Assembly: GCA_050187415.1 (NCBI GenBank)
Contig: JBFWXN010000014.1
Span: 14,475 to 78,474, forward strand
Origin: Hyphomicrobiaceae bacterium
GTDB taxonomy: Bacteria > Pseudomonadota > Alphaproteobacteria > Rhizobiales > Hyphomicrobiaceae
Reading direction: 5' to 3'
DNA: 64,000 bases
The position numbers and the translations under genes were made by a program. The first letter of the stretch is position 1. Each line of letters begins with the position of its first letter. The notes under the pieces were generated by a model. It worked only from the letters and a program-made list of their open reading frames with translations. It searched no databases and was not told where the DNA came from. This document shows positions 1 through 9,542 of the stretch, in pieces.

Positions 1-156
1 TTCGGTGGTGCCCACGAAGGTTTAGTCATCGCCGAGATCGAGCTTCAGTCGACGGACCAGTCGTTCGATCGCCCGGAGTGGCTCGGCAAAGACGTGACGG
101 ACGACGAACGCTATTACAACGCAGCCCTGGCTCGGCATGCTCCCATCCGGAGTTGA
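1..156 (+). CDS. CYTH domain-containing protein, C-terminal fragment (5' end lies outside the window)
   Basis: Frame 1 reads FGGAHEGLVIAEIELQSTDQSFDRPEWLGKDVTDDERYYNAALARHAPIRS then TGA at 154-156. The GL-x-AEIEL ... PxWLGxxVTxDxRYxN pattern matches my recollection of CYTH/CyaB-like C-termini. Confidence 0.5.
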   Translation, partial: FGGAHEGLVIAEIELQSTDQSFDRPEWLGKDVTDDERYYNAALARHAPIRS

Positions 157-318
157 TGAGGCCCGTGGCAAAACCTTGCTGCCGCGCGCGATGCGCGGCC
201 GTCGCGAGCGACGTGCGCCGCCCCAGGCTCGCCGCACGTCCACCCACCTTTTGCCACGCCTAGAGACGAGTATCGTCCCAGGGTGCGTTCACGCGCATCG
301 CAGATTGGGAAAGACGAT

Positions 319-1686
319 ATGCGAACGAATAATTGGAAACGAAACGGTTGCCTCCTTGCCTGCCTGGCTGCGGCGCCCGCGATTGGCGGTGCTCCCTTGG
401 CAGCGCTCGCCTCTACCGCTCCCCCTCTCACGATCAATGCCGAGTTGGATCGGTCGGTCCTGACCGTCGGTGCGCCGCACCGGGCCTATCTCAGGGTCTC
501 GATCACGCCCGCGCGGCGTCCTGATGCCAAGCGCGCCCTCATGAACGTCGCACTCGTCGTCGACCGATCGGGCTCGATGGGTGCCCAAGCACGAATGGCC
601 AATGCACGGCGTGCCGCCACCATGGCAGTCGACCGGCTCGGCGCAGACGATATCCTGTCTGTCGTGAGCTACGACGACCGCGTCGAGGTGGATGTTCCCG
701 CGACCAAGGTGCTCGATCGCGCCGACGTGAAAGAGCGCATCAATCGTCTGACGCCTCGCGGCTCGACGGCAATCCACGCCGCGCTTTTGAAAGCGGCCGA
801 CGAGGTGCGAAAGTTCAAGTCGAAAGACCGCGTCAACCGCATCGTGCTCATTTCCGACGGCCTCGCCAACGTCGGACCATCGAAGCCGCACGATTTCGAG
901 AGCCTGGGTCGCGAGTTGGCGAGCGAAGGCATTACGGTCTCCACGATCGGCCTCGGCAATGGCTATAATGAGGATCTGATGGCCGGACTCGCCCGGAGCG
1001 CCGACGGCGGCCACGTCTTCGTACAGGAAAGCGCCGATCTGGCCGCCTTCCTCTCGCGTGAATTCGACGACGTCGCCGGTACGGTGGGCCAGGAGGCCGA
1101 GATCATCATCAAAGTGAAAGACGGTGTGCGTCCCATTCGATCGTTGGGACGCGACGCGCGCGTCGAGACGGACCGCATCGTCTATCGCGTGGGTGCACTT
1201 TACGGCGGAGTCGAGCAGATGCTGCTCGCCGAGTTGCAGATCGATCCATCAACTGGCGTGGGCGAAGGAACGGTTGCGGAAATCGAGGTCGCCTACACGA
1301 GCACCGAGACAGGCGCGCGGGCAACGGCAAATGGGTCAGCGGTGGTCCAATTCGACGCCGATGAAAAGGCGTCCGAGCGAAGCGTCAACGCATCGGTGAT
1401 GCGGGACGTCACGACATTGCTTTCGCGTGCCACTCGCGATGCGGCCATTAAGCTACGCGACGCCGGTCGCCTCGACGAGGCCCGCGCCAAATTCAATGCC
1501 AACGCCGCCTATTTGCGCAAACAGCAAAGCGCCTTCGACAAGAGCGGCGAATACGCTCCGCTCGCCAGTGAACTGAAGGCCACCGAAGAGGCTGCGGCCG
1601 CAGCGACCCCGGCGGAATGGTCGAAAGCCCGTAAGATCCAACGCGCGACCGACAGCAACAGCTTCGGCGCGAGCCAGAAGTATTGA
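319..1686 (+). CDS. secreted von Willebrand factor type A (VWA) domain protein
   Basis: ATG at 319 follows GGGAAAG. Signal peptide is MRTNNWKRNGCLLACLAAAPAIGGAPLAALA. MIDAS motif VVDRSGSMG, later TPRGSTAIH and VLISDGLANVG. Confidence 0.8.
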   Translation: MRTNNWKRNGCLLACLAAAPAIGGAPLAALASTAPPLTINAELDRSVLTVGAPHRAYLRVSITPARRPDAKRALMNVALVVDRSGSMGAQARMANARRAATMAVDRLGADDILSVVSYDDRVEVDVPATKVLDRADVKERINRLTPRGSTAIHAALLKAADEVRKFKSKDRVNRIVLISDGLANVGPSKPHDFESLGRELASEGITVSTIGLGNGYNEDLMAGLARSADGGHVFVQESADLAAFLSREFDDVAGTVGQEAEIIIKVKDGVRPIRSLGRDARVETDRIVYRVGALYGGVEQMLLAELQIDPSTGVGEGTVAEIEVAYTSTETGARATANGSAVVQFDADEKASERSVNASVMRDVTTLLSRATRDAAIKLRDAGRLDEARAKFNANAAYLRKQQSAFDKSGEYAPLASELKATEEAAAAATPAEWSKARKIQRATDSNSFGASQKY

Positions 1687-1791
1687 ACCGCAGGCGCACG
1701 CCGGGCCATCCCCAGCGACGCTCGGCTTGTGATCGCTGGCTGACGGACGCTATCCTCGCAGCGGACCCTACGTCCGCTGCCGGAGACACGC

Positions 1792-3018
1792 ATGAACCTC
1801 AGCTATTCGGACGCCTACCGGGCACTTCAAGAGGAAGTTCGCACATTCATCGCCACCAACAAGCAGGCCTCTCCGAGCGCAGTAGGCATCCGGCGCAAGC
1901 CCGATGCCAGGATCCTCGCGTGGCAGCGAATGCTGGTCGATAAGGGCTACGCCGCGCGCACCATCCCGAAGAAATATGGTGGCTTTGGCGCTGCTCCAGA
2001 CGTGATGGAGGCGGCGATCATCGCCGAGGAATTCTCGAAGGCCGGCGTTGCCCCGGGAATCATGAGCCAGGGCATCTCGATGCTCGTACCGACATTGCTC
2101 GAAGTCGGGACCGAGGCACAGCGCGAGCGCTGGATCAGGCCCACCATCTTTGGCGAGGTCGTCTGGTGCCAAGGCTATTCCGAACCCGGCGCCGGCTCGG
2201 ATCTCGCCAACGTTCAGACGAAGGCCGTTCTGGAGGGCGACCACTATGTGGTCAATGGCCAGAAGATCTGGACGTCGTCCGCCCACTACGCCGACATGAT
2301 GTTCCTGCTCTGTCGCACTGAACCCGACAGACCGAAGCATCAAGGCATGTCCTACTTGCTGCTCTCCATGCGGACGCCGGGAATCGAAGTGCGCCCGCTG
2401 CGGACCATGACCGGCAAGGCGACCTTCAACGAGGTCTTCTTCACCGATGTCCGCGTGCCCGCCGATCAGATCGTCATGGGTCGCGGGGACGGCTGGACGG
2501 TGGCCAATATTACTTTGAAATACGAGCGCATGATGCTGGGCGACGCCAACAAATTCGCACATCGCGTGCACCGCATCCGCGCGTTGATGGAGACCACACG
2601 CATCGATGGCGAGCGATTGATCGACAAGGCCGAATGGCGTGATCGCCTGGTGAGGCTGCAGGGTGAGGTAATGGCATCGAAATATCATCAGATGCGGCTG
2701 CTCACTGAAACCGCGAAAGGCGTGGACTCTGGTCTGCGACGCTTGATCGTCAAGCTTTATGGCACGGAGATGGGCTACCGCCTGACGGCTCTCGCGGTCG
2801 ATGTTTACGGAGTGGCGGGCCTGGCTTACGACCCGCATGACGAGGGCCAGGCCGGAGAGGACGACCCCGCCACCGCCTGGCACGCTGATCACATGTATGA
2901 CCTCGGCCTCATCATCGGCGGCGGCTCGAGCCAGATTCAGAAGAACATCATCTCGGAGCGCGGCCTCGGCATGCCGCGCGAGCCGAAACCGGCCCTGCAG
3001 GCCGCCGCAAAAGGCTGA
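1792..3018 (+). CDS. acyl-CoA dehydrogenase
   Basis: 408 aa with typical ACAD blocks (WCQGYSEPGAGSDLA, NGQKIWTSSA, C-terminal GGGSSQIQKNIISERGLG). GGAGA lies upstream of the ATG. Confidence 0.9.
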   Translation: MNLSYSDAYRALQEEVRTFIATNKQASPSAVGIRRKPDARILAWQRMLVDKGYAARTIPKKYGGFGAAPDVMEAAIIAEEFSKAGVAPGIMSQGISMLVPTLLEVGTEAQRERWIRPTIFGEVVWCQGYSEPGAGSDLANVQTKAVLEGDHYVVNGQKIWTSSAHYADMMFLLCRTEPDRPKHQGMSYLLLSMRTPGIEVRPLRTMTGKATFNEVFFTDVRVPADQIVMGRGDGWTVANITLKYERMMLGDANKFAHRVHRIRALMETTRIDGERLIDKAEWRDRLVRLQGEVMASKYHQMRLLTETAKGVDSGLRRLIVKLYGTEMGYRLTALAVDVYGVAGLAYDPHDEGQAGEDDPATAWHADHMYDLGLIIGGGSSQIQKNIISERGLGMPREPKPALQAAAKG

Positions 3019-3022
3019 TGCC

Positions 3023-4117
3023 ATGGATTTTGCACTGACCGACGAGCAGAGCATGCTCGATGAAAGCCTGCGCGGCCACCTCGCCCGCCAACTGCCGCTG
3101 GAGAAACTCAAGGTCCTCGCCGCGGACGCCCGCGGCTTCTCGGAGGAGCAGTGGCGCGCGCTGTCCGGGTTGGGCCTGCCGGGGCTCATGATTCCTGCCG
3201 AGTACGGTGGCTCCGACCTCGGACTTCTCGATGCAGCGGTCGCCGCCGAAGCCCTCGCCTACTACGCCGCGCCGACCGCATTCGCAGGCCCCGCCGTCAT
3301 GGCACCGATCGCGGTGCGGACGATGGCAAGCACGGCCCAGCATGCCGAATGGCTGCCCTTGATGGCCACCGGCGAGATGCGCGTGGCAGTCGCCTTCGCG
3401 GGCGGGACCGGCCAGACGGGCGCCTCCGACGTCGGCCTCGACGGCGGCAAACTGACGGGCCGCGTCGAGGGTGTGCTCGATTTAGCCGGCGCGACGCACG
3501 TGCTCGTCATCCTTGCCGATGGCCGGGCCGCGTTGACGCCCGTCGATGCCTCCGGGGTATCGGCCGAGCTCAAGCCGACGCTCGACCGTACGCGACCGCT
3601 GGCCGACGTCTCGTTCGCTAGCGCCGATGCCAGTGTCCTCAGCGCTTCGAATGATCCGGCTGCGGCAGCTCGCGCGGTGCGTGACGCCGGACGCGTGATG
3701 CTGGCAGCCGACACGCTTGGCGCCGCCCAGGCCATGCTTGACAAAGCTATTGCCTATTCGAAAGAGCGGGTGCAGTTCGGGCGCCCCATCGCCAGCTTCC
3801 AGGCCGTAAAGCACATGGCAGCGGAAATGGCCACCGAGCTCGAGCCGTGCCGTGCACTCGTCTGGTTCGCCGCCCATGCACATGACGCGATCCCCGAGGA
3901 GGCGCATGTCGCCGCCTGCCACGCCAAGGCACATCTTGCGGAGATCGGCCGTCACATCCAGACGAAGGCAACCGAGATGCACGGCGGAATGGGCTTCACC
4001 GAGCTGATGGGCCTCGAGCTCTGGTTCAAGCGCATCAGCCTCGACCGGCACGCACTCGGCGGTCCGGAGCGATGCAGGCATGAGGCAGCCGTCGCTCAGG
4101 GTTGGGTCCCCGCCTAG
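3023..4117 (+). CDS. acyl-CoA dehydrogenase family protein (probable partner subunit of 1792..3018)
   Basis: Internal ATG (MDFALTDEQSML) lies 4 nt after the stop of the upstream ACAD. The C-terminal domain is ACAD-like (YSKERVQFGRPIASFQAVKHMAAEM, TEMHGGMGFT). The longer track ORF from 2801 overlaps the upstream gene and is rejected. Confidence 0.85.
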   Translation: MDFALTDEQSMLDESLRGHLARQLPLEKLKVLAADARGFSEEQWRALSGLGLPGLMIPAEYGGSDLGLLDAAVAAEALAYYAAPTAFAGPAVMAPIAVRTMASTAQHAEWLPLMATGEMRVAVAFAGGTGQTGASDVGLDGGKLTGRVEGVLDLAGATHVLVILADGRAALTPVDASGVSAELKPTLDRTRPLADVSFASADASVLSASNDPAAAARAVRDAGRVMLAADTLGAAQAMLDKAIAYSKERVQFGRPIASFQAVKHMAAEMATELEPCRALVWFAAHAHDAIPEEAHVAACHAKAHLAEIGRHIQTKATEMHGGMGFTELMGLELWFKRISLDRHALGGPERCRHEAAVAQGWVPA

Positions 4118-4136
4118 GCGCCAAGCGGCGACGACG

Positions 4137-5102
4137 CTAATTGCGCTTTCGTTGCTCGGCAAACTGCGAGAGCACCATGTCGGGCGACGATGAGTTGTGC
4201 CGCGAGACGAACGCGCGCCCGGCCCACAAGTCAGTTGCCGTGCCGCCTTTGAACGCCATGACCGGCGTCTCGCTCCAACCGGTGGCGCCGGGCGCACGAA
4301 CGGCAACCCGCGCCACGTCGTTGTTGAACTCGGTAACATACATCGAGCGCAGAGCTGCAAATGGACCACCGGCCACTGGTCTGTCGAGCGCGACGTCGAG
4401 CACGTGCTTGTTTGTCGTGACCTCGCTCATGGTGATCTCGGCGCTGCCGCCGCGCTCGAACGAAATCGAGAAGCGCCGAGACTTGGGATCGAACGCAATT
4501 TCTTTCAGCTTCACGATAGGACGCACTTCGGTCTCGACCGGACCAACGAGAAACGACGTGCCAAAGGCTGTCGGTGCGCGCCCCTCCGGCGCGAGCGGCC
4601 GAATGCGCCAGTATCCGTCCTGCGGATAGAGGACCAGAACCTCCTCGCCCCCCATCGGCCGGATCATCCAGACTTGCACCAGATGCAGCCCCGTCTCGAC
4701 GCGATCGCCGATGCGAACGGTGGCCCTGGCCGGGCGCCAGAAGGTGGGCAACCTCCAGCCCACGACCCAGAGGGCCGGCTCCTCATACAAGGTCTGCCGG
4801 GTCGGGACCTTGACCTCGCTCGCGTGCGAGGCGTCCTTCGACATATCGCACGCCGTCCAGTCCGCCTCGAAGCTGTCGCGCGCCAGCATGCCAATGTATG
4901 ACGGATGGGCTGCCTCGATGCGGAAGCTGCGCACCTGCGATGAGGCAAAATCGAGCGTGACGTTGTCCTTTTCAGCGCAAAGCACCGGCTCCGAGCCGTT
5001 GCGCACCTCGACCGCAAACCCTTCGGCGGCCAAGGGGGCGCCGAGGCCGGCAAGTTGCAGCATCGATAGCGCAATTAGAAAATGGCACGATGATCGGCGC
5101 AT
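4137..5102 (-). CDS. hypothetical secreted protein
   Basis: ATG at 5102 gives signal peptide MRRSSCHFLIALSMLQLAGLGAPLAAEG. 321 aa with no motif I recognise. It is the only minus-strand gene inside the plus-strand catabolic block. Confidence 0.6.
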   Translation of the reverse strand: MRRSSCHFLIALSMLQLAGLGAPLAAEGFAVEVRNGSEPVLCAEKDNVTLDFASSQVRSFRIEAAHPSYIGMLARDSFEADWTACDMSKDASHASEVKVPTRQTLYEEPALWVVGWRLPTFWRPARATVRIGDRVETGLHLVQVWMIRPMGGEEVLVLYPQDGYWRIRPLAPEGRAPTAFGTSFLVGPVETEVRPIVKLKEIAFDPKSRRFSISFERGGSAEITMSEVTTNKHVLDVALDRPVAGGPFAALRSMYVTEFNNDVARVAVRAPGATGWSETPVMAFKGGTATDLWAGRAFVSRHNSSSPDMVLSQFAEQRKRN

Positions 5103-5306
5103 GGCGTCGGAAGCTCCGGGCACGAGAACGAACGGGGGCTGGGCGGCGCCGAGTTATCTCACACGTCACCCGATCGACAATATGGCGATGATCGACAGGA
5201 TGAACTCGATTGCCTGTCCGGCCGAGCCACGGATGTTGCCGGCTCACGCGGCTGGCGTATGCTTGCGACGAAATCAAATTAGAAAGCGGCCGGAGGAAAC
5301 CAACTC

Positions 5307-6368
5307 ATGACGAGCACCAACCGCTGGAAGAACCGACCGGAAGGTTCGACGTGGGGCGACTACGGCCCCGACGACCAGCTTGGCCGGCTGAACGAGATCA
5401 CCGCCGAGAAGGTGCTCCAGGGCATGGCCGAGGTAAGGGTCGGACAGACGTTCTGCCTGTCCATGCCGCTCGACCTTCCGGGTGGCAACGCCCTCAATCC
5501 GCGCCGCCATCCGCCGCAGATCCGCCCGACCCTCAGGAACGACAAGCCCAATTGGGGCTATCGCGCCGACTGGGATCATCCCGGCATGCAGGACGTCGTC
5601 AACGACGACATGGTGCTGCTGCACCTGCAATACTCGACCCAGTGGGACACCCTCGCTCATGTCGGCGCGCTGTTCGATGCCGATGGCGACGGCACCGCCG
5701 AGCCCGTGTTCTACAACGGTTATCGCCTCGGCAAGGAGATCGTCGGTCCGATCGACGGGAAAGATGCCGGCGGCGTACCCGGGACGATGGTTCCCGCCGT
5801 GTCCACCTCATCGGCTAACGCGCTCGGCGTCGAGAACATGGCGCAGAAATGCATTCAGGGTCGCGCCGTCCTGGTGGACCTCGAGGCGCATTTCGGTCGC
5901 GCCAAGAAGCCGGTCAACTACGACGATTTGATGCGCGTTTTCGCGGCCGACGGCATCAAGGTCCTTCCCGGCGACATGCTGTGTTTCCGTACGGGCTTCG
6001 ACGAGGTGATCTTCGAAGCCAAGGGCAAACCGACGCCCGAGTGGTTGCACGGCCATTGCTGCGGGCTCGACGGCCGCGACGATCGGCTGCTGCGATGGAT
6101 TTCGGATTCGAAAGTATCGGCGCTGATCGCCGACAACTACGCGGTCGAAATGTACGATGCGCCTCCGAAGCCCGGCCAGTGCGTGATGCTGCCGCTCCAC
6201 CACCACGCGCTTTTCAAACTGGGCGTCAACCTCGGCGAAATCTGGCGACTTTCCGAACTCGCCAATTGGCTGCGCAAGAACAACCGCTCGACATTCCTGA
6301 TGACCGCGCCGCCGCTCAACTTGCCAGGCGCCGTCGGCTCTCCCGCCAACGCCATCGCCACGGTCTGA
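5307..6368 (+). CDS. cyclase family protein (kynurenine formamidase/isatin hydrolase-like fold)
   Basis: GGAGGA lies 9 nt upstream of the ATG. The N-terminus WGDYGPDDQLGRLNEIT...GQTFCLSMPLD and LQYSTQWDTLAHVG resemble the putative cyclase family (PF04199) as I recall it. Confidence 0.75.
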   Translation: MTSTNRWKNRPEGSTWGDYGPDDQLGRLNEITAEKVLQGMAEVRVGQTFCLSMPLDLPGGNALNPRRHPPQIRPTLRNDKPNWGYRADWDHPGMQDVVNDDMVLLHLQYSTQWDTLAHVGALFDADGDGTAEPVFYNGYRLGKEIVGPIDGKDAGGVPGTMVPAVSTSSANALGVENMAQKCIQGRAVLVDLEAHFGRAKKPVNYDDLMRVFAADGIKVLPGDMLCFRTGFDEVIFEAKGKPTPEWLHGHCCGLDGRDDRLLRWISDSKVSALIADNYAVEMYDAPPKPGQCVMLPLHHHALFKLGVNLGEIWRLSELANWLRKNNRSTFLMTAPPLNLPGAVGSPANAIATV

Positions 6369-6441
6369 CGCAGAACGTCGAACTCCAGCTGACAACTCCC
6401 GCTTCGGTCTCTGCGGCTGAGGCGACACGCAAGGACGAACT

Positions 6442-8154
6442 ATGGACTACGACTATATCATCGTCGGTGGCGGCTCGGCTGGCTCGGTGCTCGCCAATCG
6501 CCTCACCGCACGTTCGGCCAATCGAGTGCTCGTCTGCGAGGCGGGAGAGGACACGCCGCCGGGGAAAGAGCCGGCCGAAGTGCTGGATTCCTATTCCGGC
6601 ACCGCCTACCTGAACAATCGCTTCCTCTGGTCCGAATTGAAGGTCACGACCGAGGTCACCTCGCACAACAACGACCCGACCGCACCCAAGCCGCGCCTGC
6701 GGAAGTATGAGCAGGCGCGCGTGCTCGGCGGCGGGTCGTCGATCAATGGCCAGATGGCCAACCGGGGTGCTCCGACCGACTACGACGAGTGGCACACGCG
6801 CGGAGCCACCGGTTGGGGATGGGAGAACGTGCTTCCCTACTTCAAGAAGCTCGAGCGTGATCTCGACGTCAATGACGAGTGGCACGGTCAGGACGGCCCC
6901 ATTCCCGTTCGACGCGTGCCCGAGAAATATTGGCCGGGACACGCCAAGGCCATCGTCAAGGCCTTCGACCGCGCGGGCTACAAGCGGCTTCAGGATCAGA
7001 ACGGCTTCTTCGAGGATGGCTATTTTCCGATCACAATCTCGAATGAGAACGAGCGCCGCGCGTCGGTCCCGATGGGCTACCTCACAACCGCGATCCGCCA
7101 GCGCCCGAACCTCACCATCTCGACGGAGACACAGGTCACCGAATTGCTGTTCGAAGGTCTCAACTGCGTCGGCGTAAAAGCACTCGTGCGCGGTCGACCG
7201 ACGGAGTTTCGCGCCAGGGAGATCATCCTGTCGTCGGGAGCCATTCATTCCCCGGCCCACCTGATGCGAGCCGGCATCGGGCCGGCGGCACACCTGCGCG
7301 ACCTCGATATTCCGGTGCGTCATGCGCTTGCCGGCGTCGGCCAGCGGCTGATGGACCATCCGTCGATCGCACTCGCGGCCTTCCTCAGGCCGAATGCGCG
7401 TGTCACCAACAAAGAGTCGCGCCGTCACCTCTATGTCGGCATGCGCTACTCATCGAACATTGGCGGCGCGCCTCCCGGCGATATGTTCGTCGTCGGCGCC
7501 ACCAAGACGTCGTGGCACGCCGTCGGTGAGCAGATTGGAACGTTCCTGCTGTTCGTCAACAAGACCTACTCCGAAACAGGTCAGGTGCGTCTCCAGAGCA
7601 GAAGCGTATCCGACGAGCCACAAGTCGACTTCAACCTGCTCTCGGACCGACGCGATCTCGAACGCCTCGCCGACGGCATCAGGCGGATGGCGCCCCTCTA
7701 TAACGACCCGGACGTGCGACAGGTAGCGGCCAATCCGTTTCCCGCGAGCTACTCCGACAAGGTCCGTCAAGTCGGCGATATCAACACCAAGAACAAGATC
7801 CTCACGACCATCATGGCCAAGCTGCTCGACGGTCCGGACTTCCTGCGCAAGATCCTCATCGAGAAGCTGATCATGGAAGGTTTTACCATCGACGGCGTGC
7901 AGAACGACGAGGACGAGGCGGAGGCCTTCATCCGCAGGGCTGCCGTTGGCGTATGGCATGCCTCGTGCACCTGTCGCATGGGCGCCCGCGACGATCCCAT
8001 GGCGGTCACCGACCCTAACGGCCGCCTGCGCGGCGTCGGCGGTTTGCGCATTGTCGACGCGTCGATCTTTCCTGTCGTACCCTGCGCCAACACGAACTTC
8101 CCGACCATCATGACGGCCGAGAAGATTGCCGATGCCATCCTGGCGGGCCATTGA
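6442..8154 (+). CDS. GMC family oxidoreductase (choline dehydrogenase-like flavoprotein)
   Basis: N-terminal FAD fold YDYIIVGGGSAGSVLANRLT. GMC signature GGSSINGQMANRG. C-terminal HASCTCRMG...LRIVDASIFP. Confidence 0.9.
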   Translation: MDYDYIIVGGGSAGSVLANRLTARSANRVLVCEAGEDTPPGKEPAEVLDSYSGTAYLNNRFLWSELKVTTEVTSHNNDPTAPKPRLRKYEQARVLGGGSSINGQMANRGAPTDYDEWHTRGATGWGWENVLPYFKKLERDLDVNDEWHGQDGPIPVRRVPEKYWPGHAKAIVKAFDRAGYKRLQDQNGFFEDGYFPITISNENERRASVPMGYLTTAIRQRPNLTISTETQVTELLFEGLNCVGVKALVRGRPTEFRAREIILSSGAIHSPAHLMRAGIGPAAHLRDLDIPVRHALAGVGQRLMDHPSIALAAFLRPNARVTNKESRRHLYVGMRYSSNIGGAPPGDMFVVGATKTSWHAVGEQIGTFLLFVNKTYSETGQVRLQSRSVSDEPQVDFNLLSDRRDLERLADGIRRMAPLYNDPDVRQVAANPFPASYSDKVRQVGDINTKNKILTTIMAKLLDGPDFLRKILIEKLIMEGFTIDGVQNDEDEAEAFIRRAAVGVWHASCTCRMGARDDPMAVTDPNGRLRGVGGLRIVDASIFPVVPCANTNFPTIMTAEKIADAILAGH

Positions 8155-8189
8155 GCCGCCACGCTGGCGCATCATCGGAGAGCGCCAGC

Positions 8190-9530
8190 ATGGCCCGTCG
8201 AAAAATGAACATCGGCATGTCTATCCGCGGCCTCGGATACCACGTCGCCGCGTGGCGGCATCCCGATGTGCCGGCCGACGGCACACTACGCTTCGAGCAC
8301 TACGCACGCAGTGCCAAAGCCGCGGAGCGGGGCAAGTGCGACCTCATCTTCTTCGCGGACGGCATCGGCATCCGGGAGCGCGACGTACCGCCCGGCTCGC
8401 TCACGCGCACAGGCTACGAGCTATTCGAGCTCGAACCGATGACGCTGTTGCCGGCGCTATCGGTCGTCACCAGCACCATCGGCCTCGTCACGACCGCCTC
8501 GACGACCTATAACGAGCCCTACAATCTCGCTCGCAAATTCGCGACGCTCGACTGGATCAGCAACGGTCGCGCCGGCTGGAACGTGGTCACATCTTGGTCC
8601 GATGCCGAGGCAGCCAACTTCGGGCGGAGCGAGCAACTCGACTACGACACGCGTTATGCGCGCGCCGCCGAATTCGTCGACGTCGTTCGCGGGCTCTGGG
8701 ATAGCTGGGAGGACGGCGCGCTTGTTTTTGATAAGCAGAACGCCCGTTTCTACGACGAAAGCAAGCTGCATACGCTGAACCACAAGGGTCGCTTTTTCAC
8801 GGTGAAAGGGCCGCTCAACGTGGCGCGACCTCCCCAGGGCCATCCTGTCATTGTACAGGCGGGCGCCTCCGAGCAGGGCCGCGAGTTGGCGGCCGAGACG
8901 GCAGACATCGTCTACGCCATTTATCCGACCAAGAACGCCGGCCGGGAGTTCTATGCAGACATCAAGCGACGCATGGCAAAATACGGACGCGGCACCGAGG
9001 ACCTGAAAGTGCTGCCCGCGTTGCGCCCCATCGTCGGGCGCACACGCGAGGAAGCCCGTGCCAAGTTCGACGCACTCCAACAGCTTCTCGACCCGCTCGC
9101 CGGCCTCAACAAGCTCGCCAACGCCTTCGGCGACCTGTCTGGCTTTCCACTCGACGAGCCGGTGCCACCCGAGGCCTTCGGTCCGTCCGGCATCAAAAGC
9201 CTCAGTCGCCAGCTTGCCGAACGCGTCGAACGCGAGCGACCGACGATCCGCCAGCTTTATGAACAAGTCGCCGGCCAGGGCAGCTTCTGCCTTATCGGAA
9301 CGCCGACCGACATCGTCGACGTGATGCAAGACTGGTTCGAGAACGAAGCCTGCGACGGCTTCAACATCACGCCCACCCATCTCCCTGCCGGGTGCGAGGA
9401 CTTCGTCGAACTGGTCACTCCCGAGTTGCAGCGACGTGGCCTCTTCCGCACTGGTTACGAGGGCACGACCTTGCGGGAGAACCTCGGCCTCAAGCCGGCC
9501 ATCAACCGCTTCGCGCGACCCGGCCGATAG
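8190..9530 (+). CDS. LLM class flavin-dependent monooxygenase, NtaA/SnaA/DszA family
   Basis: MARRKMNIGMSIRGLGYHVAAWRHP start, NEPYNLARKFATLDWISNGRAGWNVVTS, and length around 446 aa, typical of nitrilotriacetate-monooxygenase-type enzymes. No flavin reductase partner is visible nearby. Confidence 0.85.
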   Translation: MARRKMNIGMSIRGLGYHVAAWRHPDVPADGTLRFEHYARSAKAAERGKCDLIFFADGIGIRERDVPPGSLTRTGYELFELEPMTLLPALSVVTSTIGLVTTASTTYNEPYNLARKFATLDWISNGRAGWNVVTSWSDAEAANFGRSEQLDYDTRYARAAEFVDVVRGLWDSWEDGALVFDKQNARFYDESKLHTLNHKGRFFTVKGPLNVARPPQGHPVIVQAGASEQGRELAAETADIVYAIYPTKNAGREFYADIKRRMAKYGRGTEDLKVLPALRPIVGRTREEARAKFDALQQLLDPLAGLNKLANAFGDLSGFPLDEPVPPEAFGPSGIKSLSRQLAERVERERPTIRQLYEQVAGQGSFCLIGTPTDIVDVMQDWFENEACDGFNITPTHLPAGCEDFVELVTPELQRRGLFRTGYEGTTLRENLGLKPAINRFARPGR

Positions 9531-9542
9531 CAAGGCTGCCGC

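Noticed and set aside
1768-3189. 473-aa minus-strand ORF antisense to the first acyl-CoA dehydrogenase. Similar long antisense ORFs occur at 6316..7428, 8457..9533, 10158..11213, 11966..13375 and 15976..17142.
   Set aside because: These are typical high-GC shadow ORFs. Their translations are Arg/Ala/Gly/His-rich with no recognisable motifs, and each overlaps a strongly supported gene on the other strand.
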